This document shows, one piece after another, positions 37,268 through 46,874 of a DNA stretch of 64,000 bases. Each line of letters begins with the position of its first letter. The stretch's first letter is position 1. Below the pieces are notes generated by a model. It searched no databases. It was not told where the DNA came from and saw only the letters and a list, made by a program, of their open reading frames with translations. The DNA is from Candidatus Omnitrophota bacterium (GTDB lineage: Bacteria; Omnitrophota; Gorgyraeia; DTHP01): contig JAMWCW010000008.1 of NCBI GenBank assembly GCA_023819145.1, positions 5,584 to 69,583 of the forward strand, written 5' to 3'. The position numbers and the translations under genes are program-made.

Positions 37268-38276
37268 AAAAGGAACAATTCTTATAAATGCTTTTTGGAT
37301 TCTCTTTATTTTATTATTGGTGGTTTCTGCCTTTGCTTGGAGAATTTCTTTAGAATTGAAAATATCAAAGATATTTACTTCTCGCCTAAAAGCACTTTCT
37401 TCAGCAAAAGCAGGCGTATATTGGGCAGGATATGTAAAGAAAAATCTTGATAATAGCCCTGCTTATGATTCCTTGAATGACACCTGGGCAGGTAAAGAGA
37501 ACAATGATGTATTTAAAGATAAGGAGGTTGAAGAAACAATAGTAAATATAAGATATTTAAACCACTATGATACTGAGGGAAACCCCGTTTATTATTATGG
37601 GTTGATTGATGAAGAAAGGAAGATTAACTTAAATACAAAGGACTTAAATGCATTAAGAATGTTTGTGGTTAATTTGATGGATATTATAAATAGAGGTGGT
37701 CAGACTATTCTTACCTCTGATATAATTGAAGCAATAATTGACTGGCGCGATAAAGATGAAATAACTCCTGAAGGAGAAACTGAAAATGATTACTATGGAT
37801 ATATTAACCGTAATGGTGAATTTAAAATTTTGGAAGAATTGTTATTATTAAAGGGAATGGATAAAGAAAAGTTTAATATTTTACAAAAATATTTTACCAT
37901 CTATGGTAATGGCAAGATAAATATAAATACTGCCGAGGAAAAAGTTTTAAGCGCAATTGTTTCTGTTTTTCATTCTGTTCCTCAAATAGCACCTTATTTA
38001 GATAGAGTGGTTGAGGAGATAATTGCATTTCGCCCTTTTTCTTCTGCACAAGGGTTATTTAATTTACCTGTAATCCGGGAGATAGTGAGTACTTTGCCTG
38101 AAGAAATAAAAGATGCACTTTTTTCTTCCCTAAGCGTAATAATTGGGGATTGGATTACTTTTACTTCCACTGTATTTCAGGTAAATATAGAGGCAAAAAC
38201 AGAAAGGGTTAGAAAAACAGTTAGAACGTTCTTTAGTTCTCCTGAAGGAAAAATAATTTACTGGAATGAAAATTAA
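37230..38276 (+). CDS. GspK-like minor pseudopilin
   Basis: N-terminal TM and two NLNT/ININTAEE helix-hairpin-helix-like motifs typical of GspK. Confidence 0.55.
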   Translation: MWISLAQKECCRKKGTILINAFWILFILLLVVSAFAWRISLELKISKIFTSRLKALSSAKAGVYWAGYVKKNLDNSPAYDSLNDTWAGKENNDVFKDKEVEETIVNIRYLNHYDTEGNPVYYYGLIDEERKINLNTKDLNALRMFVVNLMDIINRGGQTILTSDIIEAIIDWRDKDEITPEGETENDYYGYINRNGEFKILEELLLLKGMDKEKFNILQKYFTIYGNGKININTAEEKVLSAIVSVFHSVPQIAPYLDRVVEEIIAFRPFSSAQGLFNLPVIREIVSTLPEEIKDALFSSLSVIIGDWITFTSTVFQVNIEAKTERVRKTVRTFFSSPEGKIIYWNEN

Positions 38277-39759
38277 TTTTTTTTCAAAATTAGAAGAATG
38301 GTATCAAAATTTAAAAGAGATATTTTCTTCGGCAAATTACTTTACCTGTTTAGAAATATCCGATACGCATCTGAAATTGGCACAGTTTGAGCGAAAAAAG
38401 GGAACGACGAATCTCGTTTATTTATTTACGCGGAATATTCCTCATCCAGATGACGAAACGATAGTTAAAACTTTGGAAACGGTGCTTTCGGAGATAAAAG
38501 TAAGAGGTTTGGTTTTAACCTGTCTTCCCCGTCATCAGACAACCGTGCGGTATATAAAACTTCCCTCAAGTAAACCTGAGGAACTAGCAGCGATGCTTGA
38601 TTTTCAGATAACTAAACAGATTCCTTATCCCAAGGAAGAAATTGTATATTCTTGTATTAAATTAGGAATAGATTCTACTGGCTATACCGATATACTCTTA
38701 GCCATTGTCCATCAGGAAACAGTTTCTAAACATTTGAAATTATTGAAAGGTTGTAACATTGAACCTGAGAGAATAAGTTTTAGGACACTGAATACCTGTG
38801 AATGGTTTTATGCTAGCTATCCTGATTGTAAAGAAACAGTTTTCCTTATTGATGTAGATACAATTTATACCGAGGTAAGCATAATTGTTCCTTCGGGTAA
38901 ACTCCTCTTTAGTCGCGCTATCAAAATAGGGGTAGAGGATTTAGAAAATGATGAAGATCTTAGAGTATTCAGGAATTTTAGAGATGAAATAAAACTTTCT
39001 CTTTCTACTTTTATGAAAGAGTATGCTGATTTAAAGGTGGATAAGATAATTCTTACAGGAGCCCTTGCTATATTGGACAGAATTAGGAATTATTTTAAGG
39101 ATGAGTTTGAGATAGAAATTGAGATAAAGATGCCTTTGGAAAAGATTGGATTTAAAAGAGATGTTTTGGAAGAGAACTGGTTTGATATACATCGGGTATC
39201 ACTCAATTCAGTATTAGGTTTGGGGCTGGGGAGAGATATTTTAGATAAGTTTAATCTTCTGCCCCTTCCGGAGATAAAGAGAAGGGATGAGGAGAAAAAG
39301 AAATACCAATTTATCTTTGGTATTATACTTATTGCTCTGATTATTTTGACTTTCGTAGGAATTATTTACAGGAAGTTTTACGAAAAGGCGTCTCTGGTGC
39401 GTTATTTGAATGATGAGTTGAAAAAAATAAATATAAGAGCACAGGGTTTGGAGGAGAAGAAGAGGAATTTAGAGTTAATAAAGGACCTTTTTTCAGATAG
39501 AAGCATAAGTTTAGATATCCTTGTTGAACTTTATAAGACAGTTCCTGCAGAAATAAATTTGGTAAATTTTGATTTTGAAGATGGTAAAGGACTTACTTTG
39601 AGAGGAACTTCTACGGAGATGGCAAGTGTGTTTAGATTTGTGGCTACGTTGGATAAATCTCCATACTTTTCTAATTCTCAGGTAAAATTTGTAAGGAAAC
39701 GAGTTGGCTCAGAAGGCTTAACCGATTTTGAAATATTTTCTCCTTTAAAAGGCAAATGA
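38266..39759 (+). CDS. PilM-PilN-like (GspL-like) assembly protein: cytoplasmic actin-like domain, TM, periplasmic domain
   Basis: Actin-fold PilM-like N-terminus, single TM (YQFIFGIILIALIILTFVGIIY), coiled C-terminus. Confidence 0.55.
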   Translation: MKINFFSKLEEWYQNLKEIFSSANYFTCLEISDTHLKLAQFERKKGTTNLVYLFTRNIPHPDDETIVKTLETVLSEIKVRGLVLTCLPRHQTTVRYIKLPSSKPEELAAMLDFQITKQIPYPKEEIVYSCIKLGIDSTGYTDILLAIVHQETVSKHLKLLKGCNIEPERISFRTLNTCEWFYASYPDCKETVFLIDVDTIYTEVSIIVPSGKLLFSRAIKIGVEDLENDEDLRVFRNFRDEIKLSLSTFMKEYADLKVDKIILTGALAILDRIRNYFKDEFEIEIEIKMPLEKIGFKRDVLEENWFDIHRVSLNSVLGLGLGRDILDKFNLLPLPEIKRRDEEKKKYQFIFGIILIALIILTFVGIIYRKFYEKASLVRYLNDELKKINIRAQGLEEKKRNLELIKDLFSDRSISLDILVELYKTVPAEINLVNFDFEDGKGLTLRGTSTEMASVFRFVATLDKSPYFSNSQVKFVRKRVGSEGLTDFEIFSPLKGK

Positions 39760-40289
39760 AGTTAATTAGTCAATTTTCAAAACGTGAAAAGTTTCTTTTA
39801 TTTGCTACGGTAGCAGTAATTGTTATAGCAGTTTCAATCAATTTTTTTGTGACTCCTGTGGCAAAAAGATGGCGCCGTATGAACAATCAGATTTCTAATC
39901 TCTATAATAAACTTTCTCGGTATACAAATATATTGACTCTGGAGAAAGAGATTGAAACAAAATATAAGACTTATGCAGATTACCTTAAGGTAAAAGGCTC
40001 AAGCGAAGAGGCATTGGCTTCAGTATTGCAGGAGATAGAGAAACTTGCCAGAACTTCGGGGGTGGCAATTACTAACATCGTGCCTTCAGGAATGGAGACC
40101 AAAGATTTTTATAATAAATTTGAGGTGAGAATGGATGTTGAGTCCGAGATTAACTCACTGGTGCGCTTTCTCTATGAGCTTCAAAGTTCAAAACACCTCT
40201 TTAGAGTTGTGCGTCTAAACATCAATACCAAAGCAGGAACCCAAGATGTTTTACGCTCTTCTATACAACTGATTAAAATATTTATTTGA
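39756..40289 (+). CDS. PilO/GspM-like bitopic protein
   Basis: N-terminal TM plus coiled-coil/ferredoxin-like domain; its position in the operon supports the call. Confidence 0.4.
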   Translation: MKLISQFSKREKFLLFATVAVIVIAVSINFFVTPVAKRWRRMNNQISNLYNKLSRYTNILTLEKEIETKYKTYADYLKVKGSSEEALASVLQEIEKLARTSGVAITNIVPSGMETKDFYNKFEVRMDVESEINSLVRFLYELQSSKHLFRVVRLNINTKAGTQDVLRSSIQLIKIFI

Positions 40290-40588
40290 ATATGCCATTT
40301 TATGAATATCGTTGTCTAAATTGTGGCAAGATAACTACACTCTATAAAAAATCTGCATTTGAAAAAGAAGGATTCTTTTTGTGGTGGAAAACATACCGCT
40401 GTAATTTTTGTAGAAGTAGAAAATTGGAGAAAGTGTATTCAAGTTTTTCGGTATCTAAAAGAGAATCCACCATGGAGGTGCTTAATGAATTGCAGCGTAT
40501 GGGCCCGATCAACTTTGTTCCTGACTATAGCCCCAAAGGTCCTCCGCCGGGAGGATGCCCTTATACTCAAGAAGGGGATAGAAAATAA
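40286..40588 (+). CDS. FmdB-family zinc-ribbon protein
   Basis: YEYRCLNCGK ... CNFCRS (CxxC...CxxC). Confidence 0.5.
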   Translation: MNMPFYEYRCLNCGKITTLYKKSAFEKEGFFLWWKTYRCNFCRSRKLEKVYSSFSVSKRESTMEVLNELQRMGPINFVPDYSPKGPPPGGCPYTQEGDRK

Positions 40589-40675
40589 GTCTTGCCCGAT
40601 AAGGAATTTTGTGTTATATTTTTTAAAGGATGGGCGATGGTGTGAGGGCCCTTTTATTTTCCTTCCCAAAAGCCA

Positions 40676-43150
40676 ATGATTTCTTTAAAAGAAGAAATAA
40701 AACAGAGCATCATTTCCTTTGTAGCTTCCTTGGACAAAGAAGGTAGAATATTGACTTTTTCCTGCCATATCCCCGAACTCAATGTTTACGTGGAAGAAGA
40801 AATAAAAAATGAATATTGGGTGGAGCTCTTTGTCCCTACTTCTTACAAAGAAAAGATACGTTATGTTTTACAGGAGATGCAAGAAAAGAATCTTTCTAAT
40901 TTTTGTATTCAGCTTAATCTTATTTGTCGGGCAAAGGAAGAAGTTCCTTTCTTAGTAAATATTTCATTTCTCAAAGAAATCGAAGTTTTCTTGGTTACCG
41001 GGAAGAAAATGGTTGCCCAAAAAGAAGACATTGTTTACTATAAACGATTGGAATCAATTGTGATGGATATTGCTACCATGTTTGTCGGTGTCCGGCTGAG
41101 TGAAATGGATAAGTTAATCGATGAGGCACTCCGGGTAATTGGGGAGTTTACGGAAGCTGATCGCGCGTATGTTTTTTGCGTGAGCGAAGACCGCACAAAA
41201 GTTTATTATGCATATGAATGGTGCAAGGAAGGAATTACTCCTCAAAAGGAAAGGGTTAGAGAATTGATGGTTGAAGATTTTCCCTGGTTGAGGGAAAGGT
41301 TAGAGAAAAGAAAAGAAGTGGTTTATATTCCTTCAGTAGAGAAATTGCCTCCCGAGGCTTTGAGAGAACAACAGGAGTTTAGGGAAGAACAGACAAAATC
41401 GGCTTTACTTGTTCCGATGCTCTTAAATGGCGTAGTGACCGGATTTTTGGGTTTTGATTCGGTGTTTAAAGAAAGAGAATGGGATGATGATTGTGTTTTT
41501 TTATTGAAAATAGTAGGGGAAATTCTAGCGAATGCTTTAGCTCGGAAACAGACAGATTTTGCAATAGAAGAAGGACGGCGTTTTGTTTATAGCGTGTTTG
41601 AGAGCATTCAGGATGGAATAAGTATTTTAGACAAAGAACTGAATATTATCAGTGTCAACCACACTATGGAAAAATGGTATGCTTATAGTATGCCACTAGT
41701 GGGAAAGAAATGTTATTTTGCTTACCATAAGAGAAAAGAACCCTGCACTATCTGTCCTACCCAGAAGACGCTCAAAACTCAGAAACAGGCATATGAAGTG
41801 GTCGCGAAGTGTGGACCAGAAGGAGAAACTGTGGGGTGGGTTGATTTATATTCTTTTCCGCTCTTTGATTCTCTGACGGGAGAGATGAAAGGAGTAATTG
41901 AATATGTAAGAGATGCTACGGAACGGAAAAAAGCAGAAGATTTATTACATAACCTAACTCTTAACCTTAGAAGGACAAATAAAAAATTGAAGCTGCTTTC
42001 ACTAAAAGATAGTCATACGGGATTGTATAATTATCGTTATCTTACGGAAGTTATAGAGTCAGAGTTTCAGAGGAGTAATAGATATGGACTGTCTCTTTCT
42101 GTGATTATGCTGGACATAGATTATTTTAAATCAATAAATGAAGTATATGGACATAATTTTGGAGATATGATTCTGAAACAATTGGCTAACCTTTGTAAGA
42201 AAATGGTGCGTATATACGATACAGTTATTCGTTTTGGAGGAGAAGAGTTTATTTTTATTCTTCCGGATACGGACCATTTGGGAGCAGTAAATCTTGCGCG
42301 ACGTCTTTTGGAAAAGATAAACAGTTTTAACTTTGGTAGTGCCCAACAAAGGGTCCATCTTAAAGTGAGTATGGGGATTGCTTCTTATCCCTATGATCGA
42401 GTGTCTAGTGGTATGGAATTGGTAAATCTAGCCGATAGACTTTTAGGAAAGATAAAAGACCACGGAGGAAACAACATTTTTTCCAGTGAAATTTACCATA
42501 AAGATAAGCAGGTATTTAGCGAAGAGGATAGTGCTAAAGATACCAAAATGTTGAAAGAAAAGATAGATAAACTCACCAAACGTGCTAATCAAAGTATAAG
42601 GGAAGCAATTTATGCTTTTGCCCGCACAATCAAGTTGAAAGATGATTATACCGGAGAACATGTGGAGAAGACCGTGATTTACGCAGTAGAGACAGCCAAG
42701 GCTTTGGGGCTTTCTCCGGGGGAGATAGAAAAAGTTAGCGATGCTGCTATGCTTCATGACTTAGGGAAGATCGGGATAAGCGAGAAAATTTTGTTAAAAA
42801 AGTCAAAACTTACCTCGAAAGAGTTTGATGAACTAAAAAAACATCCGCAGATTGGAGCAGATATTTTGCGTTCCATTCATTTTCTTAAAGAGATAATTCC
42901 TTTTGTGCTCTATCATCATGAGCGTTATGATGGACGAGGGTATCCTTTTGGTTTAAAGGGAGAGGAAATTCCTTTAGGAGCAAGAATAGTGGCTGTTGCA
43001 GATGTGTATCAGGCATTAATTTCTAACCGTCCTTACCGCAAAGCCTATGCCAAAAGAGAGGCAATGCGGATTATCAAAAAAGGAGCAGGAACGCAGTTCG
43101 ACTCCCGTATTGTAGAAGCTTTCTTAGAGGTTGTTCAAAAAGTCCATTAA
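40676..43150 (+). CDS. c-di-GMP signalling protein: GAF-PAS-GGDEF-HD-GYP
   Basis: GGDEF domain with RFGGEEF. HD-GYP with HDLGKIG and HHERYDGRGYP. Upstream GAF and PAS regions. Confidence 0.8.
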   Translation: MISLKEEIKQSIISFVASLDKEGRILTFSCHIPELNVYVEEEIKNEYWVELFVPTSYKEKIRYVLQEMQEKNLSNFCIQLNLICRAKEEVPFLVNISFLKEIEVFLVTGKKMVAQKEDIVYYKRLESIVMDIATMFVGVRLSEMDKLIDEALRVIGEFTEADRAYVFCVSEDRTKVYYAYEWCKEGITPQKERVRELMVEDFPWLRERLEKRKEVVYIPSVEKLPPEALREQQEFREEQTKSALLVPMLLNGVVTGFLGFDSVFKEREWDDDCVFLLKIVGEILANALARKQTDFAIEEGRRFVYSVFESIQDGISILDKELNIISVNHTMEKWYAYSMPLVGKKCYFAYHKRKEPCTICPTQKTLKTQKQAYEVVAKCGPEGETVGWVDLYSFPLFDSLTGEMKGVIEYVRDATERKKAEDLLHNLTLNLRRTNKKLKLLSLKDSHTGLYNYRYLTEVIESEFQRSNRYGLSLSVIMLDIDYFKSINEVYGHNFGDMILKQLANLCKKMVRIYDTVIRFGGEEFIFILPDTDHLGAVNLARRLLEKINSFNFGSAQQRVHLKVSMGIASYPYDRVSSGMELVNLADRLLGKIKDHGGNNIFSSEIYHKDKQVFSEEDSAKDTKMLKEKIDKLTKRANQSIREAIYAFARTIKLKDDYTGEHVEKTVIYAVETAKALGLSPGEIEKVSDAAMLHDLGKIGISEKILLKKSKLTSKEFDELKKHPQIGADILRSIHFLKEIIPFVLYHHERYDGRGYPFGLKGEEIPLGARIVAVADVYQALISNRPYRKAYAKREAMRIIKKGAGTQFDSRIVEAFLEVVQKVH

Positions 43151-43182
43151 TAATTTCCCTCTCTTTTCTATAACGATTTTTC

Positions 43183-43212
43183 TTGACAAAAATTTTAAAC
43201 GTAATGTATAAT
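43183..43212 (+). promoter_or_regulatory. sigma70 promoter of the hrcA operon (TTGACA, 18 nt spacer, TATAAT)
   Basis: Consensus hexamers directly upstream of CIRCE. Confidence 0.7.
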
Positions 43213-43216
43213 CATT

Positions 43217-43242
43217 TTAGCACTCTCATTACGAGAGTGCTA
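43217..43242 (+). promoter_or_regulatory. CIRCE operator (HrcA binding site)
   Basis: TTAGCACTC-N9-GAGTGCTAA, a perfect match to the CIRCE consensus. Confidence 0.9.
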
Positions 43243-43258
43243 AAATGGAGGAGCCGAG

Positions 43259-44302
43259 ATGCAGGTTGTAGATTTACGTTCAAGAAAAGAAAAAATCTTA
43301 GGTACAATTGTAGAAACCTATATTGAAGAAGCAAAGCCGGTGGGGTCGCGGACCATTGCGAGGAAGTTACGTTTTAAATTTTCACCTGCTACCATCAGGA
43401 ATATTATGGCGGATTTGGAAGAAGAAGGTTATATTATGCATCCTTATACTTCCGCAGGCAGGATTCCTACGGATAAGGGATATCGCTATTATGTAGACAA
43501 TTTAATGCCTTTAGAGGAACTTACTCCTCAGGAGAAAAAGGAAATTATGCGGGAATATTCTACCTCTAAGGGAGATATATCTACTTTCATGGATAAAACC
43601 AGTCGCCTTTTAGCTCGTTTATCAGAAGAGGCGGGGATTGTGGTTTATCCCTGTCTGAGCAAAAGTAGATTAAAACATATTGAATTGATTGATATTGGCA
43701 ATAATTCCGTTTTGATGGTATTGGTTACCAATGCTGGTTTGATTAAGAATCTAATTCTGCGTTTTCCTCAGGTTTATTCACGGAGTCAGCTAGAGAAAAT
43801 TAGTAATCTTTTTAATGCAGAATTGGAAGGAATTTATTTGAGTGAAGTATGGAAATATCTTCTGCAGAAGAGATTGAGTGAAGATTTTTCTATCTATAAT
43901 CTCTTCAAAGACGCTTTTTCTCTTTTGGAAGAAGCGTTTAAAAAACTGGAGGAGGAAAAATTTTGTTTTGAGGGAACAACTCAAATTATTTCTCAACCTG
44001 AATTTGAAGACAGGGTTGCTTTGACTAAATTACTGCACCTTATAGAAGAGAAGAGATTGTTTCTGGATATCATTGCGCGCGATATGGAAGAAGATGGTGT
44101 AAAAATTCATATTGGAGAAGAGAATATTTTTGAGGAGGTAAAATCTTTGAGCCTAATTACTGCAAATTACCATCTGGAAGGAAAAGTGGTTGGTGCGTTG
44201 GGAGTAGTTGGTCCCACACGGATGGCCTATGCCCATGTTTTGAGCATTGTAAAGTATGTATCCCAAATTTTAGAGCATATTTTGCAGGATAGAGGAATAT
44301 GA
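43259..44302 (+). CDS. hrcA: heat-inducible transcription repressor HrcA
   Basis: HrcA winged-helix N-terminus (ILGTIVETYIEEAKPVGSRTIA); first gene in the operon order hrcA-grpE-dnaK-dnaJ. Confidence 0.9.
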   Translation: MQVVDLRSRKEKILGTIVETYIEEAKPVGSRTIARKLRFKFSPATIRNIMADLEEEGYIMHPYTSAGRIPTDKGYRYYVDNLMPLEELTPQEKKEIMREYSTSKGDISTFMDKTSRLLARLSEEAGIVVYPCLSKSRLKHIELIDIGNNSVLMVLVTNAGLIKNLILRFPQVYSRSQLEKISNLFNAELEGIYLSEVWKYLLQKRLSEDFSIYNLFKDAFSLLEEAFKKLEEEKFCFEGTTQIISQPEFEDRVALTKLLHLIEEKRLFLDIIARDMEEDGVKIHIGEENIFEEVKSLSLITANYHLEGKVVGALGVVGPTRMAYAHVLSIVKYVSQILEHILQDRGI

Positions 44303-44892
44303 AGAAAGATTCGGAAGATAAAAAAGAGGTTAAAGATATTTCTGCGACGGAAAAAAAGAATCATAAAGATTCTTCTGGAGAGCAGCCAGTTTCCTCTGAG
44401 TGGGAAGAACTGCGGAGAAAAGCTAATCTTGCGGAAGAATACTATGATAAACTTTTGCGTTTAGGAGCGGAGTTTGAGAATGCTCGAAGGAGAATGCAGA
44501 AGGAAAAGGAAGATTTTATTTTTTTTGCTAATCAGAAGCTCTTATCTGAGTTATTACCTATCGCGGATGATTTTGAGCGTCTATTGGAAGGTTTAGAAAA
44601 AAATCATATTGATGAAGGGCTTTCTACAGGGATAAAGATAATACATAAAAGATTGCAAGAGGTTTTGGAAAAGAATGGATTGGTGCGGATGAAGGTAATA
44701 GGAGAAAAATTTGACCCGACAAGACACGAGGCTTTAATGATTGTGGACACTACAGAACATCCTGAGGATACTATTGTAGAAGAAATTCGCAGTGGATATC
44801 TTTTGTACAATAAAGTGTTAAGACCTGCAGTGGTTAAAGTAGCCAAGAGGAAAGAAAAAAGTAGTGCACCCGAACAACAGAGTACAAATTAA
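44299..44892 (+). CDS. grpE: nucleotide exchange factor GrpE
   Basis: GrpE coiled-coil and C-terminal beta domain motifs (RRRMQKEKED, KFDPTRHEA). Confidence 0.9.
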   Translation: MKKDSEDKKEVKDISATEKKNHKDSSGEQPVSSEWEELRRKANLAEEYYDKLLRLGAEFENARRRMQKEKEDFIFFANQKLLSELLPIADDFERLLEGLEKNHIDEGLSTGIKIIHKRLQEVLEKNGLVRMKVIGEKFDPTRHEALMIVDTTEHPEDTIVEEIRSGYLLYNKVLRPAVVKVAKRKEKSSAPEQQSTN

Positions 44893-44911
44893 AAGGGAGG
44901 TGAAATAAAAA

Positions 44912-46789
44912 ATGGCTAAAGCAATCGGTATTGATTTAGGAACATCCAATTCTGCGGCTGCGGTAGTAGAAGGAGGAAGACCTACGATTATTCCTTCTGC
45001 CGAAGGGGCTGGAGTGGCTTCGGGGAAGGCTTTTCCTTCGTATGTCGCTTTTACTAAAGATGGACAACGACTAGTGGGAGAGCCTGCAAGAAGACAAGCA
45101 GCAATTAATCCCGAGGGGACGATTTTTGCTGCCAAACGCAAGATGGGGACAGATTACAAATTTAGAGTCTATGGTAAAGAGTATACTCCACAACAAATTT
45201 CTGCGTTTATTTTACAAAAAATCAAAAGTGATGCAGAAGCATTTTTAGGAGATAAAGTTGAAGAGGTGGTAATTACTTGCCCTGCTTATTTCGATGACAA
45301 TCAGCGAACCGCTACCAAAGACGCAGGAGAAATTGCGGGATTGAAGGTTTTACGCATTATCAATGAACCTACTGCTGCCTGTCTTGCCTATGGTTTGGAT
45401 AAATTAGGTAAGCGCTTAAAAATTATGGTTTTTGATCTGGGTGGAGGAACACTGGATGTTACCATTATGGAGATGGGCGAAGAAGGAGGTTTTATGGTTC
45501 TTTCTACCAGTGGCGATACTCAGTTGGGTGGAACGGATATGGATAATGCACTTATTGAGTATGTGGTTGAGCAGTTTAAACGTGAGACAGGGATAGACCT
45601 GCATAATGATAAAATGGCTATGCAGAGAGTCCGTGAAGCTTCTGAGAAGGCAAAGATTGAACTTTCCAGTACGCTCACTACGGACATAAATCTTCCTTTT
45701 ATTACCGCGGATGCAACAGGGCCTAAACATCTTACAATAAACATTACCCGCGCTAAGTTAGAGGAATTAGTCTCACCTATCATTGAACGATGCCGGCACC
45801 CCATAGAACAGGCGTTAGCGGATGCACAACTTAAGGCTGGGGATATTGACAGGATAATACTGGTGGGAGGGCCTACCCGGATGCCCTCGGTACAGAAATT
45901 TGTGGAGGAAGTGGTGGGGAAGAAGATTGAACGTGGAATAGACCCGATGGAATGCGTCGCTATGGGAGCAGCGGTTCAGGCAGCAATTATTAAAGGAGAG
46001 ATGAAGGAAGTATTACTCGTAGATGTTACTCCTTTATCTTTAGGAATTGAAACATTAGGAGGGGTTTTTACAAAATTGATTGAGAGAAATACAGCAATTC
46101 CTACCCGTAAATCTGAAATATTTTCTACCGCGGCCGACAACCAGACTGCAGTTACTATCCGTGTGCTTCAAGGTGAACGGCCGATGGCAGATGATAATGT
46201 AGAATTAGGAAGATTTGATTTGATTGGTATTCCTCCAGCACCACGGGGAATTCCTAAAATTGAAGTTACTTTCGATATCGACGCCAATGGTATTGTTCAT
46301 GTTTCGGCAAAGGATTTAGGGACCGGTAAGGAACAATCAATGAAAATTACTGCTCCTAAGAAGTTATCGAAAGAGGATATTGAAAAGATGGTTAAAGAGG
46401 CGGAGAAATTTGCAGAACAGGATAAGAAGAGAAAAGAGGAGGTAGAATTAATAAATCAAGCAGATACTTTGATTTACACTACAGAAAAATCCTTAAAAGA
46501 ATTTGGTGATAAGATCAGCCAGAGTGAGCGGGCAGAGATTGAGGCAAAACTTAATGACTTAAAAACCGCGGTTAAGGACAAGAATATAGAAAGAATCAAA
46601 AAGAATATGGAGGAATTGACCCGTGCTTCCCACAAACTGGCAGAAGAGGTTTATAAACAAGCGGGAGCTACTGGTCAGAAAACAGAAACCCACCGTGAAC
46701 AAAAAGCAGAGAAAACGGAAAATAAAGAAGAAAAGAAAGAAGACATTATTGATGCGGAATATAAAGTAGATGATGAGGATAAGAAATAA
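44912..46789 (+). CDS. dnaK: chaperone DnaK (Hsp70)
   Basis: [18 protein letters not shown], and a full Hsp70 architecture. Confidence 0.97.
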   Translation: MAKAIGIDLGTSNSAAAVVEGGRPTIIPSAEGAGVASGKAFPSYVAFTKDGQRLVGEPARRQAAINPEGTIFAAKRKMGTDYKFRVYGKEYTPQQISAFILQKIKSDAEAFLGDKVEEVVITCPAYFDDNQRTATKDAGEIAGLKVLRIINEPTAACLAYGLDKLGKRLKIMVFDLGGGTLDVTIMEMGEEGGFMVLSTSGDTQLGGTDMDNALIEYVVEQFKRETGIDLHNDKMAMQRVREASEKAKIELSSTLTTDINLPFITADATGPKHLTINITRAKLEELVSPIIERCRHPIEQALADAQLKAGDIDRIILVGGPTRMPSVQKFVEEVVGKKIERGIDPMECVAMGAAVQAAIIKGEMKEVLLVDVTPLSLGIETLGGVFTKLIERNTAIPTRKSEIFSTAADNQTAVTIRVLQGERPMADDNVELGRFDLIGIPPAPRGIPKIEVTFDIDANGIVHVSAKDLGTGKEQSMKITAPKKLSKEDIEKMVKEAEKFAEQDKKRKEEVELINQADTLIYTTEKSLKEFGDKISQSERAEIEAKLNDLKTAVKDKNIERIKKNMEELTRASHKLAEEVYKQAGATGQKTETHREQKAEKTENKEEKKEDIIDAEYKVDDEDKK

Positions 46790-46874
46790 AACTCTAAATC
46801 CAAAATTCAAAGCTCTAAGCAATTTCAAATAAATTTTAGAATTGAGGGTTTAGAGTTTATGGTTTTTTACTAAA

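Noticed and set aside
40359-40679. 106-aa ORF overlapping the FmdB-like gene in another frame, and 40439..40669 on the minus strand
   Set aside because: The FmdB frame carries the CxxC...CxxC zinc ribbon and is translationally coupled (ATGA overlap) to the upstream gene. The alternatives have no motif.
46790-46874. Possible terminator between dnaK and dnaJ (AACTCTAAA...TTTAGAGTT)
   Set aside because: The arms are separated by an approximately 45-nt loop and are not GC-rich. It is more likely coincidental.
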